Source: Octopus sinensis (lineage: Eukaryota). From it: 64,000 bases of DNA. The stretch lies in contig NC_043021.1 of assembly GCF_006345805.1 (NCBI RefSeq), positions 19,778,001 to 19,842,000 of the forward strand, written 5' to 3'. Shown here one piece after another: positions 62,751-64,000 of this stretch; positions within the stretch are counted from its first letter, which is position 1, and every line of letters begins with the position of its first letter. Position numbers and translations under genes: made by a program. The notes below the pieces were generated by a model. That model saw only the letters and a program-made list of their open reading frames with translations. It did no database searches and was not told where the DNA came from.

Positions 62751-64000
62751 TCTGTTCAGTGTGTCATGTTCTCTGTTCACCACCCTTGTTTATTCTATGT
62801 TCATAGTTCACAGCGTTATATTCTTTTCCATTCACATGTTCACCCCCACCTCATATTCTTGCAGTGAGTCTGTTCAGTGTGTCATGTTCTCTGTTCACCA
62901 CCCCTGTTTATTCTATGTTCCTAGTTCACAGCCTTATATTGTTTTCCATTCACATGTTCACCCCCACCTCATATTCTTACAGTGAGTCTGTTCAGCGTGT
63001 CATGTTCTCTGTTCACCACCCCTGTTTATTCTATGTTCCTAGTTCACAGCCTTATATTCTTTTCCATTCACATGTTCACCCCCACCTCATATTCTTGCAG
63101 TGAGTCTGTTCAGCGTGTCATGTTCTCTGTTCACCACCCCTGTTTATTCTATGTTCGTAGTTCACAGCCTTATATTCTTTTCCATTCACATGTTCACCCC
63201 CACCTCATATTCTTGCAGTGAGTCTGTTCAGCGTGTCATGTTCTCTGTTCACCACCCCTGTTTATTCTATGTTCGTAGTTCACAGCCTTATATTGTTTTC
63301 CATTCACATGTTCACCCCCACCTCATATTCTTGCAGTGAGTCTGTTCAGCGTGTCATGTTCTCTGTTCACCACCCCTGTTTATTCTATATTCGTAGTTCA
63401 CAGCCTTCTATTGTTTTCCATTCACATGTTCACCCCCACCTCATATTCTTGCAGTGAGTCTGTTCAGCGTGTCATGTTCTCTGTTCACCACCCCTGTTTA
63501 TTCTATGTTCGTAGTTCACAGCCTTATATTGTTTTCCATTCACATGTTCACCCCCACCTCATATTCTTGCAGTGAGTCTGTTCAGCGTGTCATGTTCTCT
63601 GTTCACCACCCCTGTTTATTCTATGTTCCTAGTTCACAGCCTTATATTGTTTTCCATTCACATGTTCACCCCCACCTCATATTCTTGCAGTGAGTCTGTT
63701 CAGCGTGTCATGTTCTCTGTTCACCACCCCTGTTTATTCTATGTTCGTAGTTCACAGCCTTATATTGATTTCCATTCACATGTTCACCCCCACCTCATAT
63801 TCTTGCGGTGAGTCTGTTCAGCGTGTCATGTTCTCTGTTCACCACCCCTGTTTATTCTATGTTCCTAGTTCACAGCCTTATATTGTTTTCCATTCACATG
63901 TTCACCCCCACCTCATATTCTTGCAGTGAGTCTGTTCAGTGTGTCATGTTCTCTGTTCACCACCCCTGTTTATTCTATGTTCCTGGTTCACAGGCTTATA
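62751..64000. repeat. 118-bp tandem satellite, about 10.6 copies, running off the window
   Basis: ORF-track starts are spaced exactly 118 bp apart (62864, 62982, 63100, ...); units are nearly identical. Confidence 0.95.

Noticed and set aside
62751-64000. CRISPR-like periodicity and repeated 79-aa ORFs
   Set aside because: Whole units repeat with no unique spacers; no cas genes; eukaryotic satellite.

Overview
Eukaryotic, extremely repeat-rich DNA. The SINE, RTE and microsatellite content looks like an octopus (coleoid cephalopod) genome; this is inferred from recalled repeat families, not from a search. About 25 copies of one tRNA-derived SINE, two further SINE families, RTE/CR1/R4-like LINE 3' fragments, piggyBac-, hAT-, Tc1-, Merlin- and Helitron-type non-autonomous elements and long microsatellites fill most of the window. 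Two coding features are supported: a Merlin (IS1595-like) transposase ORF inside its TIRs (1847-2719), and a probable first coding exon of an RP2/XRP2 homologue (29728-29801, MGC...KYSW then GTAAGA). The standout observation is a perfect 479-bp palindrome (54914-55392) carrying a minimal type I hammerhead ribozyme on each strand. It is one of at least six Penelope-type hammerhead motifs, from about four unrelated sequence families, all with self-complementary helix III and all near (TA)-rich microsatellite. Nearly all long ORFs in the track are low-complexity or repeat artefacts. Repeat boundaries are read by eye and are approximate unless TSD/TIR positions are quoted.
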